A stretch of DNA of 64,000 nt from the NCBI GenBank assembly GCA_963696385.1, contig CAVOKF010000007.1, positions 320,001-384,000 of the forward strand. Reading direction: 5' to 3'. This document shows, one piece after another, positions 9,741 to 19,800 of this stretch. The DNA is from an uncultured delta proteobacterium. GTDB lineage: Bacteria > Myxococcota_A > Polyangia > Polyangiales > Polyangiaceae. The notes under the pieces were generated by a model that was given only the letters and a program-made list of their open reading frames with translations, had not been told where the DNA came from and searched no databases. Both the position numbers and the translations under genes were made by a program. How positions within the stretch are numbered: the stretch's first letter is position 1; each line of letters starts with the position of its first letter.

Positions 9741-10727
9741 ATGCCCTTTCCGTTCGTACGGCCGAGGCGCCTGCGAGTGACCGCCGGGATGCGTGCTTTG
9801 GTGCGCGAAACGGATTTGGCGCCGCGTCGTCTCGTTTGGCCGGTTTTCTTCAATGCCGCGATCGACGAAGCGCGCCCGGTCCGGAGCATGCCGGGGGTGT
9901 CTCAGCTTCCGGTCACCGCCGCGGGGCATGCCGCGAAGGACGCGGTGCGCCACGGGCTCGGTGCGATTCTTCTCTTCGGGCTTCCCAAAACGAAGGACGC
10001 GCTTGGATCGAGTGCTCTCGATCCGGACGGGCCCGTGCCTCGCGCGATCGCGGAGATGAAGTCCGCGGCGCCCGAGCTCGTGGTGATGACCGACGTCTGC
10101 GTCGACGAGTACACCGACCACGGTCACTGTGGGGTCCTGCGCAAACGGGCCGACGGCCAGATCGAGGTCGACAACGACGCGACGATCGAGATCCTCGCCG
10201 AAATGGCCGTCTTGCATGCGCGCGCCGGAGCCGACGTCATCGCACCGAGCGATATGATGGACGGGCGTGTCGCTCGACTGCGTCGCGCGCTCGACGCAAG
10301 CTCGCTCGAGGGCGTCAGCATCCTGAGTTACGCCGTGAAGTACGCGAGCAGCTTTTATGGGCCGTTCCGCGAGGCGGCAGACTGCGCTCCGAAGTTCGGG
10401 GACCGGGCCGGCTATCAGATGGACCCGGCCAACGCACGAGAAGCGCTGCGGGAAGCGCGTCTCGACGAGGAAGAAGGCGCGGACCTCTTGATGGTCAAGC
10501 CCGCACTCGCGTACCTCGACGTGATCCGTGCCGTGCGAGGTTCGACGGAGTTGCCGCTCCTTGCCTACAATGTGTCGGGTGAATACGCCATGCTCAAGGC
10601 GGCAGCGGCGGCCGGCATGATCGACTACGACCGAGCGATGCTCGAAGTGCTGACGTCGATTCGGCGGGCCGGCGCCGACGCCATTGTCACCTACCATGCG
10701 ATCGAGGCCGCCGAAGCCCTCGCGTGA
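9741..10727 (+). CDS. hemB: Porphobilinogen synthase (delta-aminolevulinic acid dehydratase)
   Basis: RPRRLR, DVCVDEYTDHGHCG, APSDMMDGRV, KYASSFYGPFREA, MVKPA and AYNVSGEYAM motifs. Confidence 0.97.
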   Translation: MPFPFVRPRRLRVTAGMRALVRETDLAPRRLVWPVFFNAAIDEARPVRSMPGVSQLPVTAAGHAAKDAVRHGLGAILLFGLPKTKDALGSSALDPDGPVPRAIAEMKSAAPELVVMTDVCVDEYTDHGHCGVLRKRADGQIEVDNDATIEILAEMAVLHARAGADVIAPSDMMDGRVARLRRALDASSLEGVSILSYAVKYASSFYGPFREAADCAPKFGDRAGYQMDPANAREALREARLDEEEGADLLMVKPALAYLDVIRAVRGSTELPLLAYNVSGEYAMLKAAAAAGMIDYDRAMLEVLTSIRRAGADAIVTYHAIEAAEALA

Positions 10728-10833
10728 GCCACCGGCGGCCTGTCGGACCTTCGCTCGGTCTCCGCGCGACGGCGGACCGCTTTTCTTTGAAAGCCTTTGA
10801 AAGGCGCCCTCGTGTCGAGGGCCCGACTGCGGG

Positions 10834-11961
10834 TCAGCCCCCCCGAGGAGCACGACGCCGCAAGGACGCGGCTTCGACTCGCGCAGGCTCTGGGGCGATG
10901 GACTTGGCCAGTCTGGCGGAGTCGTCGTCGTGGGGCTCGCCGTAGTCGGTCCACACTCGCCGCGCAAAGGCGCTGTCGAGCCGCTGTTTGACGACGTCAA
11001 TCGCGCGAATGCCAATGTCTATCCCGATCCAACGCCTCCCTTCCTTTTCCGCAACGACGATGGCCGTTCCGCAGCCGCAGAATGGATCGAGGACGAGATC
11101 GCCTGCTTTGCTGCTCGCGCGAATCACTCGCTCCAGCAGCTTCTCCGGCTTCTGCGTCGGGTAGCCCGTCCGCTCTTTGCCAATCGGAGCGATGAGCCCG
11201 ACTTCCCACGCATCCGACAGGGGCACTCCGTTCACTTCTACGTCCTCCACTTCCCAAAAGTCCGAGAGCGGGGGCCCTTTGGTTTCGGCCATCTCGACAC
11301 TCGGCTTGCGTCGTCCGGACGAAAACTCGGCACGCTGCTTACGGGTGCCAAAGGTCTTGAGGGTCGATTGCGCCAATGTCTCGTAACCATAAAGGGGTTG
11401 GAACGTGTGCGTGTTGTCGCTTCGTGCGGTGTAAAAGAGAAGCACGTCGTGCATACGCTGAAATCGAAGCGCCTTCGTTGGCCATCGGCGGTACCGCCAT
11501 ATGATCTCGTTTCGAAAACAGCCCGGCCCGAAGATTCCGTCCAGAATCAGTTTCAGGTAGTGGCTCGCGGTCGGATCGCAATGCAAGTAGAGCGAACCGG
11601 TCGGGCGCAGAACCCGGGATAGCTCCACGAGCCGAATCGCCATCATCGACAGATACGCCATCGTGTCTCGATGATTCGACCCGAAGAATCCCTGGAGTGA
11701 GCGCATAAGGCCGCTCAGGCGCTTGGGAACGGGCACGTTGGGCGCATCTCCTTGCAGCTCGTCGTACGCTCGCTGCGCGGCGTGGTCCCAATGCCATGTA
11801 TCGAAAAACGCGTGCTCGCGTATCTTCGATTCCCTGCGAATCAGACTGTAGGTGCGTTCTGAATTGAACGGCGGATCGAGGTAGACGAGATCGACGGACT
11901 CGGAGGCGAGGTTCTGCCGCAGGACGTCGAGGTTGTCGCCGTAATAAAGGTCCCCAGGCAT
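10834..11961 (-). CDS. Site-specific DNA methyltransferase (N6-A/N4-C, beta-class motif order)
   Basis: LYYGDNL, catalytic DPPF, YLHCD, NEIIW, YPTQKP and the SAM-binding LDPFCGCGT near the C-terminus. Confidence 0.93.
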   Translation of the reverse strand: MPGDLYYGDNLDVLRQNLASESVDLVYLDPPFNSERTYSLIRRESKIREHAFFDTWHWDHAAQRAYDELQGDAPNVPVPKRLSGLMRSLQGFFGSNHRDTMAYLSMMAIRLVELSRVLRPTGSLYLHCDPTASHYLKLILDGIFGPGCFRNEIIWRYRRWPTKALRFQRMHDVLLFYTARSDNTHTFQPLYGYETLAQSTLKTFGTRKQRAEFSSGRRKPSVEMAETKGPPLSDFWEVEDVEVNGVPLSDAWEVGLIAPIGKERTGYPTQKPEKLLERVIRASSKAGDLVLDPFCGCGTAIVVAEKEGRRWIGIDIGIRAIDVVKQRLDSAFARRVWTDYGEPHDDDSARLAKSIAPEPARVEAASLRRRAPRGG

Positions 11962-12084
11962 GCGGGCGATCGTCCGTGATCGAGGGCTATTTTGTCCACA
12001 TTGTAACGAAATATCGCATGTTGACCCCGAACCAGTGCGGGGCCCGCCGCACGCGCGACACGGTGACCCCTGCGGCCGGCGGCA

Positions 12085-12663
12085 CTACCGGAAGCAGCGA
12101 GGCATGCACGCTCGGTACGCTCGATCGCAGAGCGGGCAAGCGACGCCTTGGCACGCCACCGAACACGCCGTCCAACGCTGGGTGCAGGCATCGCCGCAAT
12201 CGGCGCCGGGGGCGCGCAGTGGCGGCTTCTCGGGTGCCGCCGACGACGCAGCGAGGGAGGCGGAGGAGGGGGCTCGGGCGGGGGGCTGTGCCGACGCGAT
12301 GTTGGGGGGCGGCGCGAAAGCGTTCGTCGGCGAGGGCCCTCCCGCATGGTCCGCCGATGCCTCGGAGCTCGCGGAGGAGGCGTCGATCGACGGTCGCGAA
12401 TCGGACGCCAGCGCGGCGTAGCGCTTCGTCGCGTATTCGATCCGATCGCGCGACTGTCCGTACGTGTAGCCGTCGACCCACTCGCGCCAGCATTGACGCT
12501 TGAGCGCCGCCGAAGCGGCCGTCTCTTCGAACGCGTAGCAGTGCTCAAAGTGGACGTCGCATTCGTAGACGGCCTGAAAGCTCGGGCCGCAAGCCGCGGC
12601 AAGCAAGGCGAAAGGCAGAAGCTCGCGCACACGACCCACGAGACAGTGTCGACCGGCCCCCAT
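12085..12663 (-). CDS. Cys-containing lipoprotein (hypothetical); start may be the GTG at 12630 or 12639
   Basis: LLPFALLAAAC lipobox, YECDVHFEHCY, and a C-terminal Cys-rich helical tail. Confidence 0.65.
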   Translation of the reverse strand: MGAGRHCLVGRVRELLPFALLAAACGPSFQAVYECDVHFEHCYAFEETAASAALKRQCWREWVDGYTYGQSRDRIEYATKRYAALASDSRPSIDASSASSEASADHAGGPSPTNAFAPPPNIASAQPPARAPSSASLAASSAAPEKPPLRAPGADCGDACTQRWTACSVACQGVACPLCDRAYRACMPRCFR

Positions 12664-12754
12664 CCGCGCGCAACCGAAGTGAGGGCTGCCGAGCGCGAGG
12701 CAGGCGCCTCACACATCGTGGACGGATGCGGTCGGCGCGACTACTCGATGGACC

Positions 12755-13360
12755 ATGTTCACAGGCCTGGTCAACGTCATGGGATCGCTCGCCAGCCGCT
12801 CGCCCCGAGGCCCGGGCGCCCGACTCGCGATCCAGGCACGCTTCGACGACGGCCCTCTCGAGCTCGGCGAATCCATCGCTGTGGACGGCGCATGTCTCTC
12901 GGTCGACGCCATCCTCGCCGGCGGCTTCGAGGTCGATGCCTCTGCCGAGACGCTCGCGCGAACCACACTCGGAGGTCTTGCGCCGGGGGCACGCGTGCAT
13001 CTCGAGCGGTCTCTGCGGGCCGGCGATCGCCTAGGGGGTCACCTGGTGACTGGCCATGTCGACGGGGTCGGCGTGCTCATCGACCGGCGCGGGCTCGGCG
13101 AGGCCGTTTGGATGGCGCTCCGCATTCCCGCAGAGCTATTGCGATTCGTCGCCGAGAAGGGGTCCATCGCCATCGACGGTGTGAGCCTCACAGTAAACGC
13201 CGTGACGGAGGACTTTCTCGAAGTCGCCCTGATTCCGCACACTCTTCAGAAAACCAAGCTGGACGCGTTCGCGCCTGGGCAACGGTTCAACGTCGAAGTC
13301 GACCTCGTCGCTCGATACGTCGCCCGCTGGGTTTCCACCGAGCCGGAATGGCGGGAGTAG
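12755..13360 (+). CDS. ribE: Riboflavin synthase (alpha chain)
   Basis: N-terminal MFTGLV signature, GESIAVDGACL, GGHLVTGHVDG and KGSIAIDGVSLTVN. Confidence 0.97.
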   Translation: MFTGLVNVMGSLASRSPRGPGARLAIQARFDDGPLELGESIAVDGACLSVDAILAGGFEVDASAETLARTTLGGLAPGARVHLERSLRAGDRLGGHLVTGHVDGVGVLIDRRGLGEAVWMALRIPAELLRFVAEKGSIAIDGVSLTVNAVTEDFLEVALIPHTLQKTKLDAFAPGQRFNVEVDLVARYVARWVSTEPEWRE

Positions 13361-13423
13361 AACTCGGTACAAAAGATAGGTACTGAAGGTCGTCGGTCTT
13401 TCTCCACGCCGACGTAATCCGCC

Positions 13424-14596
13424 GTGCTCGCGATCGACCCCAAGCTCGCTGAACGTATCGCAGGCGCCATCACCGACGTTCGGGCCGGCAAGATCATCAT
13501 TCTCGTCGACGATGAAGACCGCGAAAACGAGGGGGACCTCACGATGGCCGCCCAGTTCGCCACGGCGGACGCGATCAACTTCATGGCCACACACGGCCGC
13601 GGGTTGATTTGCCTGGCGCTCACGGAGCAGCAGGTGGATCGGCTGAAACTGCCGATGATGAACGCGCCGGGCCGCCTCGGCCCGCCGCTCGGAACCGCCT
13701 TCACGGTGAGTATCGAGGCACGATCCGGAGTGACGACGGGCATCAGCGCACCCGATCGCGCGCACACGATCCGCGTCGCGGCCAACCCGAACGCCCGGCC
13801 CGAGGACATCGTCACGCCGGGACACGTCTTTCCTCTCAAGGCGCGGAAAGGGGGAGTGCTCGTACGCACCGGCCAGACCGAGGGATCGGTCGACATCGCG
13901 CGCCTCGCGGACCTCACGCCGGCGGGGGTCATTTGCGAGATCATGAAGGAAGACGGGACCATGGCGCGCATGCCCGATCTCGAGATCTTCGCCGAGAAGC
14001 ACAAGCTCCGAATCCTGACGATCGCCGATCTGATTCGGTATCGTTTGCTGACCGAGCGGCTCGTGCGACGAGCGGCGGAAACGAACCTCGTGCTCGATCA
14101 GACGGGCTCGCCGTGGCGGGCGCTGGTTTACGAGACGACCATCGACGACCGTCAGTTCTTGGCCCTCGTCAAAGGCGACGTCGCCTCCGGTCCCCCGCCG
14201 CTTTGCCGCGTGCATACCGGATCGACGCTGGCCGATACGTTCGCGGCGACTCCGCGCGACGGCGGCCTACACCTGAGGGAGGCGATCGCGCAGATCGAAG
14301 CGGCGGGTCGCGGAGCGCTCGTGTACATCGCGCCGTGCGGCGATGTCCTGCGCGAGCTCGAGGCCTGGCGCGCGTCGATCCAGCCACCCGCGTCCGCAGC
14401 GCCGTCTGCCCCCCATGATCCGCCCTTGCGCGAGTTCGGCCTCGGCGCCCAGGTGTTGGTGGATCTGGGCTTGCACCGAATCCGGCTTCTGACCAATAGT
14501 CCGCGTAAGATCGCCGGAATTCACGGCTTCGGCCTCGATGTCGTCGAGCACCTCCCGCTCGTGTCGATGCGGCTCCCGGAGAACAAGGCATCATGA
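13424..14596 (+). CDS. ribB: DHBP synthase fused to a degenerate GTP cyclohydrolase II-like domain (RibBX type)
   Basis: [26 protein letters not shown] and ICEIM mark RibB. The C-domain keeps RVH and GAQVL..LG...IRLLTN but lacks the Zn-binding Cys residues and QEGRG. Confidence 0.93.
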   Translation: MLAIDPKLAERIAGAITDVRAGKIIILVDDEDRENEGDLTMAAQFATADAINFMATHGRGLICLALTEQQVDRLKLPMMNAPGRLGPPLGTAFTVSIEARSGVTTGISAPDRAHTIRVAANPNARPEDIVTPGHVFPLKARKGGVLVRTGQTEGSVDIARLADLTPAGVICEIMKEDGTMARMPDLEIFAEKHKLRILTIADLIRYRLLTERLVRRAAETNLVLDQTGSPWRALVYETTIDDRQFLALVKGDVASGPPPLCRVHTGSTLADTFAATPRDGGLHLREAIAQIEAAGRGALVYIAPCGDVLRELEAWRASIQPPASAAPSAPHDPPLREFGLGAQVLVDLGLHRIRLLTNSPRKIAGIHGFGLDVVEHLPLVSMRLPENKAS

Positions 14597-15078
14597 CCAC
14601 GCGAGTTATCGAAGGCAGCCTCGTCGTCCCGAAGGGGGCGCGTTTCGCGATTGTCGCAAGCCGCTTCAATCATTTCATCGTCGATCGCCTGGTCGAGGGA
14701 TCGATCGACGCCCTGGCGCGCCACGGCGCCGCGCCGGAGGGTATCCTGGTCGTGCGTGTGCCGGGTGCCTGGGAGCTGCCCATCGTCGCGCGGCGCCTCG
14801 CGGCGAGCGACAAGATCGATGCGATCATCGCCTTGGGCGCGGTCATTCGCGGCAACACGCCGCACTTCGACTACGTCGCGGGCGAGTCCGCGAAGGGTCT
14901 CGCAAGCGCGACACACGCCAGCCGAGTTCCGATCGTGTTCGGAGTGCTGACGACCGAGAACATCGAACAGGCCATGGAACGCGCAGGCACGAAGCAAGGC
15001 AACAAAGGTTGGGATGCGGCCGTCAGCGCGATCGAGATGGTGACCCTCGCGCGCGCTCTGGACGACGCCGGACTCTGA
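14593..15078 (+). CDS. ribH: 6,7-dimethyl-8-ribityllumazine synthase
   Basis: [33 protein letters not shown] and GNKG; ATGA overlap with ribB. Confidence 0.97.
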   Translation: MTTRVIEGSLVVPKGARFAIVASRFNHFIVDRLVEGSIDALARHGAAPEGILVVRVPGAWELPIVARRLAASDKIDAIIALGAVIRGNTPHFDYVAGESAKGLASATHASRVPIVFGVLTTENIEQAMERAGTKQGNKGWDAAVSAIEMVTLARALDDAGL

Positions 15079-15216
15079 CGTCGTCCGATGCCCGTAGGAC
15101 CCCGATCGCGGGTCGCTCACGCGGCCGGGCGACGCTCTCAAACTCGGACGTCGTCCGATGCCCGCGCGACACGGAAGCGATTCCCGCGCGCGCATCTAGA
15201 CGACGCCAGACTCTAA
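15048..15216. repeat. Degenerate tandem repeat with about 70 bp period, including a copy of the ribH 3' end
   Basis: gacgtcgtccgatgcccg occurs at 15077 and 15147. gacgacgccggactctga (15061) recurs as gacgacgccagactctaa (15199). Confidence 0.7.
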
Positions 15217-15233
15217 AGGCACGCTATAAAGCC

Positions 15234-15665
15234 ATGGGCGCACGTCACTCGGGCCGAGAAGCGGCGCTGCAGATGCTATTTCAAATCGAATCGTCCGGCA
15301 CGAGCGCCGACATGGCCATCGAGCTCTTCTGGCGCAGCTTCATCGACGGAGTGGATCCGGAGGGACGTGCGTACGCCGACGACGCAGTCCGCGGTGTCGC
15401 GACAACACGCGGCGATCTCGATCGTCTCATCGTCGACGCGTCGGTTCACTGGCGACTCGAGCGGATGGCTCGGGTCGATCGGAACATTCTCCGGCTTGGA
15501 GCTTGGGAGCTGGCTCACCGACCGGACGTTCCCCGCGCGGTCGTCCTCGACGAAGCGGTAGAGCTCGCGAAGGCATTCGGGACAGACGACTCAAGCGCGT
15601 TCGTCAACGGAGTGCTCAATCGAATCGCCGAGACGCTCGGGCGAACGAGCGATCCGAAGGCTTGA
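15234..15665 (+). CDS. nusB: Transcription antitermination factor NusB
   Basis: RHSGREAALQMLFQ, WRLERMARVDRNILRL, EAVELAKAFG and FVNGVL; canonical position after ribH. Confidence 0.96.
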   Translation: MGARHSGREAALQMLFQIESSGTSADMAIELFWRSFIDGVDPEGRAYADDAVRGVATTRGDLDRLIVDASVHWRLERMARVDRNILRLGAWELAHRPDVPRAVVLDEAVELAKAFGTDDSSAFVNGVLNRIAETLGRTSDPKA

Positions 15666-16184
15666 ATGGATTTGCGCTTTCTGACGCCCGAACCCGATCG
15701 GCTCGACGAGCCGAGCGTGGAGCTGTGCGCATGCTCGATCTGGAGCGATGAGCGGCCCATACGCGGTTTGGCCGGTCTGCTCGACTGGCGTCTCGGCGCT
15801 CGCCTCAGTGCATTGCTCCAAACCGGCTTCGTGGGTGGTTATGCCGGCGAGGCGCTCGTCATCCCGGGAAAGCCCCACGTCCCGTTCGAAAAAGTGCTGC
15901 TGGTCGGACTCGGGCCGCGAGCATCGTTCGGCGAGCGCACGTTCCGAGATGCCATCGGGCACCTCTCGCGAACGTTGGAGGGTCTGCGAGTACGGCGCGC
16001 CGTCGTGGAGCTACCGGGGCGCGCGACCGACGCCATCGACCCCGAGCGCGCGATTACGCTCACGCTCGAATGCGTGGGGTCTTCGGCCCAGCACGACGTG
16101 TGGTGGTTGGTAGACTCGCCGGCCGCGCAAAAGCGCATCGAGCGGCGTGCCGCCGACGAGCGCCGGCGCGTGCGGGCCCCTTAG
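15666..16184 (+). CDS. Stand-alone peptidase M17 (leucyl aminopeptidase) N-terminal-domain protein
   Basis: DERPIRGLAGLLDWRL...G..GE..VLLVGLG; no catalytic domain; starts immediately after nusB. Confidence 0.75.
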   Translation: MDLRFLTPEPDRLDEPSVELCACSIWSDERPIRGLAGLLDWRLGARLSALLQTGFVGGYAGEALVIPGKPHVPFEKVLLVGLGPRASFGERTFRDAIGHLSRTLEGLRVRRAVVELPGRATDAIDPERAITLTLECVGSSAQHDVWWLVDSPAAQKRIERRAADERRRVRAP

Positions 16185-16191
16185 AGGGTGT

Positions 16192-16323
16192 TTACTGGAT
16201 ACGCTCGAGGATTTCTCCCAGCGAGCTGGCGGACCATTCGGAAAGCTCAGCTCCAGTTCCGAGATCGGTTGTTCCTCGGCCGCTTCCGCCACGAGGAGCG
16301 ACACCATTCTCGCCGCCGTTCAT
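16192..16323 (-). pseudogene. Possible remnant of a type I RM specificity subunit N-terminus (43-aa ORF)
   Basis: ATG at 16323 gives MNGGENG...ELSEWSASSLGEILERIQ*. The W-x4-LGEI pattern resembles HsdS starts, but the evidence is very short. Confidence 0.2.
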
Positions 16324-16336
16324 CTGCGGCTGCTCG

Positions 16337-16491
16337 CTAAGGAGAGCGGATCTCGGCGAGCAGCATGCCGGGGGTCAGGATGCGTACGCCCAGGAGCGCG
16401 CCGCCGAGATCTCCCAAAGGCGCGTCAGGCCGCCGCCGGCGCACCAGGCCGCCGAGAACAGTACGTTCGCGTCGAGCAAGACCCGCGTCAC
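16337..16491 (-). pseudogene. PIN-domain (VapC-like) toxin with an out-of-frame internal deletion
   Basis: GTG at 16491 overlaps the antitoxin stop and gives VTRVLLDANVLFSAAW (PIN N-terminal motif). The PIN-type C-terminus GVRILTPGMLL..* is in another frame. Total length is only 155 nt. Confidence 0.75.
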
Positions 16492-16790
16492 GCAGGTCTA
16501 CGGTGCGTGACGGCGTCCGGATCGAGGCCGAGCGCGCGCACTTCTTCGCGCGCCTTCTCGTAGTCGGCGGCGTCGACGGCGTTGGACAGCAGGAACTCGG
16601 CGATGCGGCCGTCGTCATACATCTCGAGCGCGGTCGCGACGGCGGGACGCAGCAGGATGCCCTCGTCGCGCTCCTCGGCGATGAGGAGCGAGCCGTCGTG
16701 CAGGCCAAAACGCTTGCGCAGGGCCGCGGGGATGGTGAACACCCCTTTCTTGCCGACCTTGCCGGTTTCGCTGTGACGCTGCCGCGCCAT
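16488..16790 (-). CDS. AbrB/MazE/SpoVT-family antitoxin
   Basis: KVGKKGVFTIPAALRKRFGLHDGSLL...EGILLRP is the swapped-hairpin signature. Confidence 0.88.
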   Translation of the reverse strand: MARQRHSETGKVGKKGVFTIPAALRKRFGLHDGSLLIAEERDEGILLRPAVATALEMYDDGRIAEFLLSNAVDAADYEKAREEVRALGLDPDAVTHRRPA

Positions 16791-16813
16791 GCTTCGACTC
16801 CAGAATTGCGGAT

Positions 16814-16842
16814 ATTCTGACATTCTGACTGTCGGAAATCAA
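16814..16842 (-). promoter_or_regulatory. Sigma-70-type promoter with overlapping operator for the TA module
   Basis: Minus strand TTGATT-17bp-CAGAAT. The spacer holds a direct repeat (attctgac x2) and a near-palindrome ttctgac-t-gtcggaa. Confidence 0.55.
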
Positions 16843-16870
16843 GGATACTGCAAGCCAGCACAAGGTGTAC

Positions 16871-19800
16871 TTAAGGCGCGCGACGTCGTCGCGCGATCCA
16901 CGCGAGCCCGAACGCGACGGCGCCCAACATCGCCCCGGAATTGCTTTCTCGCCCGGTCGCGATGCAACCGCAGCCCGAGGCGGGCGTGGGAAGACTTGGG
17001 CCGAGCGCCGCCTCTCCCTGCGCGTCGCTCTCCGCGAGGGACGCCCCGCTCTCGCAGGGGCTGCTGGGCCATCCATCGAAGGCCGCCACCAATCCGGTGT
17101 CCGTTCCGGACTCGACGGAGCTTGCGTCATCCTCGGCGTCGGTAGCGTCCTCGGTGGCGCCCGCATCGTCCAAGCTCTGCGCGTCCTCGGTCTCCCCGCC
17201 GTCGCCCGCGGGGCACGAGGTCGGCGCCAGCGTTCCCCATGGAGGGGCCCCTGCCGGGGTCCCCACAGTAACCCAGCTCACCGCGATCGCCCCGAAGCTA
17301 TCGTAAGCCGCGACGACGACGTAGCCCGGCTCCGGCCCCGCGGTGAAAGCGCCCGTCGCGCCATCGATGAGCGAGCAGTCGCCATTCTCGTCGCACGTCG
17401 AGTCGTTCGAAGTGTACCAGGCGATGGGCGCAATGCCGCCGGACGACGAATACGCGATCGTTGCGTCCGGTGCGACGTTCGCCGAGCCTTGAGGGATGCA
17501 GAGGTCGACACCCGTGAACCAGACGCGAACCATCGGCGATGTCGAAGCGAGGTGGTGCGCGTCGCCCCCGTAGGCCGCGCTCACGCCAACGTACTGCGCG
17601 CCGGGCCGAACCAGTCCGACCTTCAGAACCGCAGCGGGCGGAGCCCCGGTGGTGACCGTCGCCGTCCCTGGGGAACTGAGAGCGATCGGGCCGCCAAGCG
17701 AGTCCGACCAGATGAGCCCGGACGGCCCGTACGATTGGTACGTGAACGTCACGTCGCCGCCCGGCGCGGGGGTGCTTGCGCCCGCGCCGACCATGGCCGT
17801 GAAGTTCACGCCCGAACCCTCCGCTACCGTCGAAGGGACCGCTGTGAGGGCGGTCGTCGTCGGCCCCACCTCGGCCCAGGCGCGCACGAGGTTGGCCGCG
17901 TCGATGGACCCGAGCCCCGAGGCGCAATCGTAGCCCGCTGCAGCTTGGTAGCCGTAGCACGATTGGGGGAAGCCCTGGACCGGGCAGGTCGTGGGGCAGC
18001 CAGGGTCCGGGCCGCGCGTGCAACCGACCAAGTTGTTGCCGGCCGTGATGTCGTGAAACGCGGACGGTGCCGTCGTGTCCAGAGCGTAAAGTTCCGGGTT
18101 GACGTTGCCGAGCCGTCCGCCGATCGCCTGGTCCACGAGCGCCAAGACACCGGCGAAGGACGGAGTTGCGGCGGACGTGCCGCCGACCGCGAGGACCACC
18201 GGACGGCCTCCCGTCGCCGAGCAGTCGGTTGTGCCGGAAACCGGCGTGCACTCGATGAAATAGGGGAACCGATCAGCCGACGCGCTGAGCGCAATGTCGG
18301 GCACCTGCCGCATACCGGACGGCGTCGTGCCCGCGGGCAACGGGACGGGCAGGCTGCCGACGATGGCGCAGGTCGTGCTTTGATAGGGCGGCCGCGGGAA
18401 CACTTCGCTGATGCCACCGCCGCCACCGTTGGGAGGTCCCATATTCGGGTTGGTCTCATTCCAGACCTGTTCCGCCATGGGGTACCCCGTCGCAAAGCCA
18501 TTGCAGTCGAACGCGATGGCATGGGTCGGAAACTCGGTGCCGCCCACCGCGGTGACGCCAGGAAACGACGCAGGAAATTGCACGTAGAGGCCCGTTTGGC
18601 CGAATTGCTCGATGCATCCCGTGGCGGCCGCGTCGCCCGAAGCGGCCACAAAGGTGATTCCAAGCAGGTTGGCGGCGGAGCCATAGACCCCGAGCACATC
18701 CGCATCGCTCGGGGCCTGGTTCAACTCGCAGGCCCCCGCGCTCTGGCTGAGGATCGGGGCCAAATTTTGCTCGATCGCGTAATAGGTCGCGCTGTCGATA
18801 TTGGCGTCGTCGGAGCCGGTGAAGACGTATCGGATGCTTGCGCCCGGCGCGATCGCGCCCGACCATTCGGTGTCGAGGATCGCTTCCGTACCACCGCCGG
18901 CGAACCAGGCGGCGACGCCTGTGTCCGGCACCAGCCATTCTGTGAGGGTCGACGCGGGCAAGCCGTACGTCGTGCGGAACGCAGCGACGTCGTTCGGCGC
19001 GATTTGCGACACGCCGACGATCGCGATGGCGGTCCCCGATCCGTCGAGCGGCGAGCCTGTGACCCCCGTCGCATAAAGCGGGGTCACGTCGTAGATCGTC
19101 GCCCAGTCCCGCGGAGCGAGTCCGAAACCGGCCAGACAATGCTTGTCGCCGGTCGGGCACACCGCGTCGGGGACCGTCGTCATCCGAGCCTGCGCCGGTC
19201 GCGCGTAAAAGTCGTGGGTGTTGTGCACCGCGAGCACGATGTCGGAAAGCTCGGCCGGGATGGCCGGCGCCGTGGACATCGCGTAGTGAATGTCGCTTCC
19301 GACCTTGTAGGCATGCATCTCCGTGCGGAACGCCTTCTGCAAGTCCGCGACGCGCCCCGCAAAGCTCACGCGCGCCCCGAGGCGCGAGGTCGATCGCACG
19401 TCGAGGCCCTGCTGCGCGAGCCATGCCCGGGTGCGGGCAATGTCCCGAGCCTTCGCACCGAAGCGATCGGCGTACTGCTCGGGCGTGAGCCACTTGCGGT
19501 AACTCGGCGAGGTCCGGTCGAGTTGTGCGGCGATCAGTGCGTCGCGATCGATCTGCTGCGCGGGGGACAGTTTGAAAACCACCGACAGGTTGGCGATGCG
19601 TCGGTTCGGGTCGAGCGGGCCGAGGTCGAACGCGGGGCGCGCGAGCGGATGCGCACCGCGCTCCAGTCGCACGTACCCATCCATCGGCAGCGCCGCCGCG
19701 CGCGTGTCGCCGTCGCCCGTCGATGGCCCCGACGCCGGCGTCCTGCAACCGATGAGGGGAGCCGTCCCGGCCACCAGGGCGAGCGCCCGGACCCACGCGC

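Noticed and set aside
9675..11015. N-terminal extension of ORF 8601..11015
   Set aside because: It is antisense to hemB; the real gene most likely starts at the lipoprotein signal at 9674.
12664..12754. FMN riboswitch upstream of ribE
   Set aside because: The gap is short and no RFN consensus segments were recognised.
15072..15164. Mini-CRISPR (two repeats 70 bp apart)
   Set aside because: Only two short copies, overlapping the ribH stop codon, with no leader or cas genes; better explained as a local duplication.
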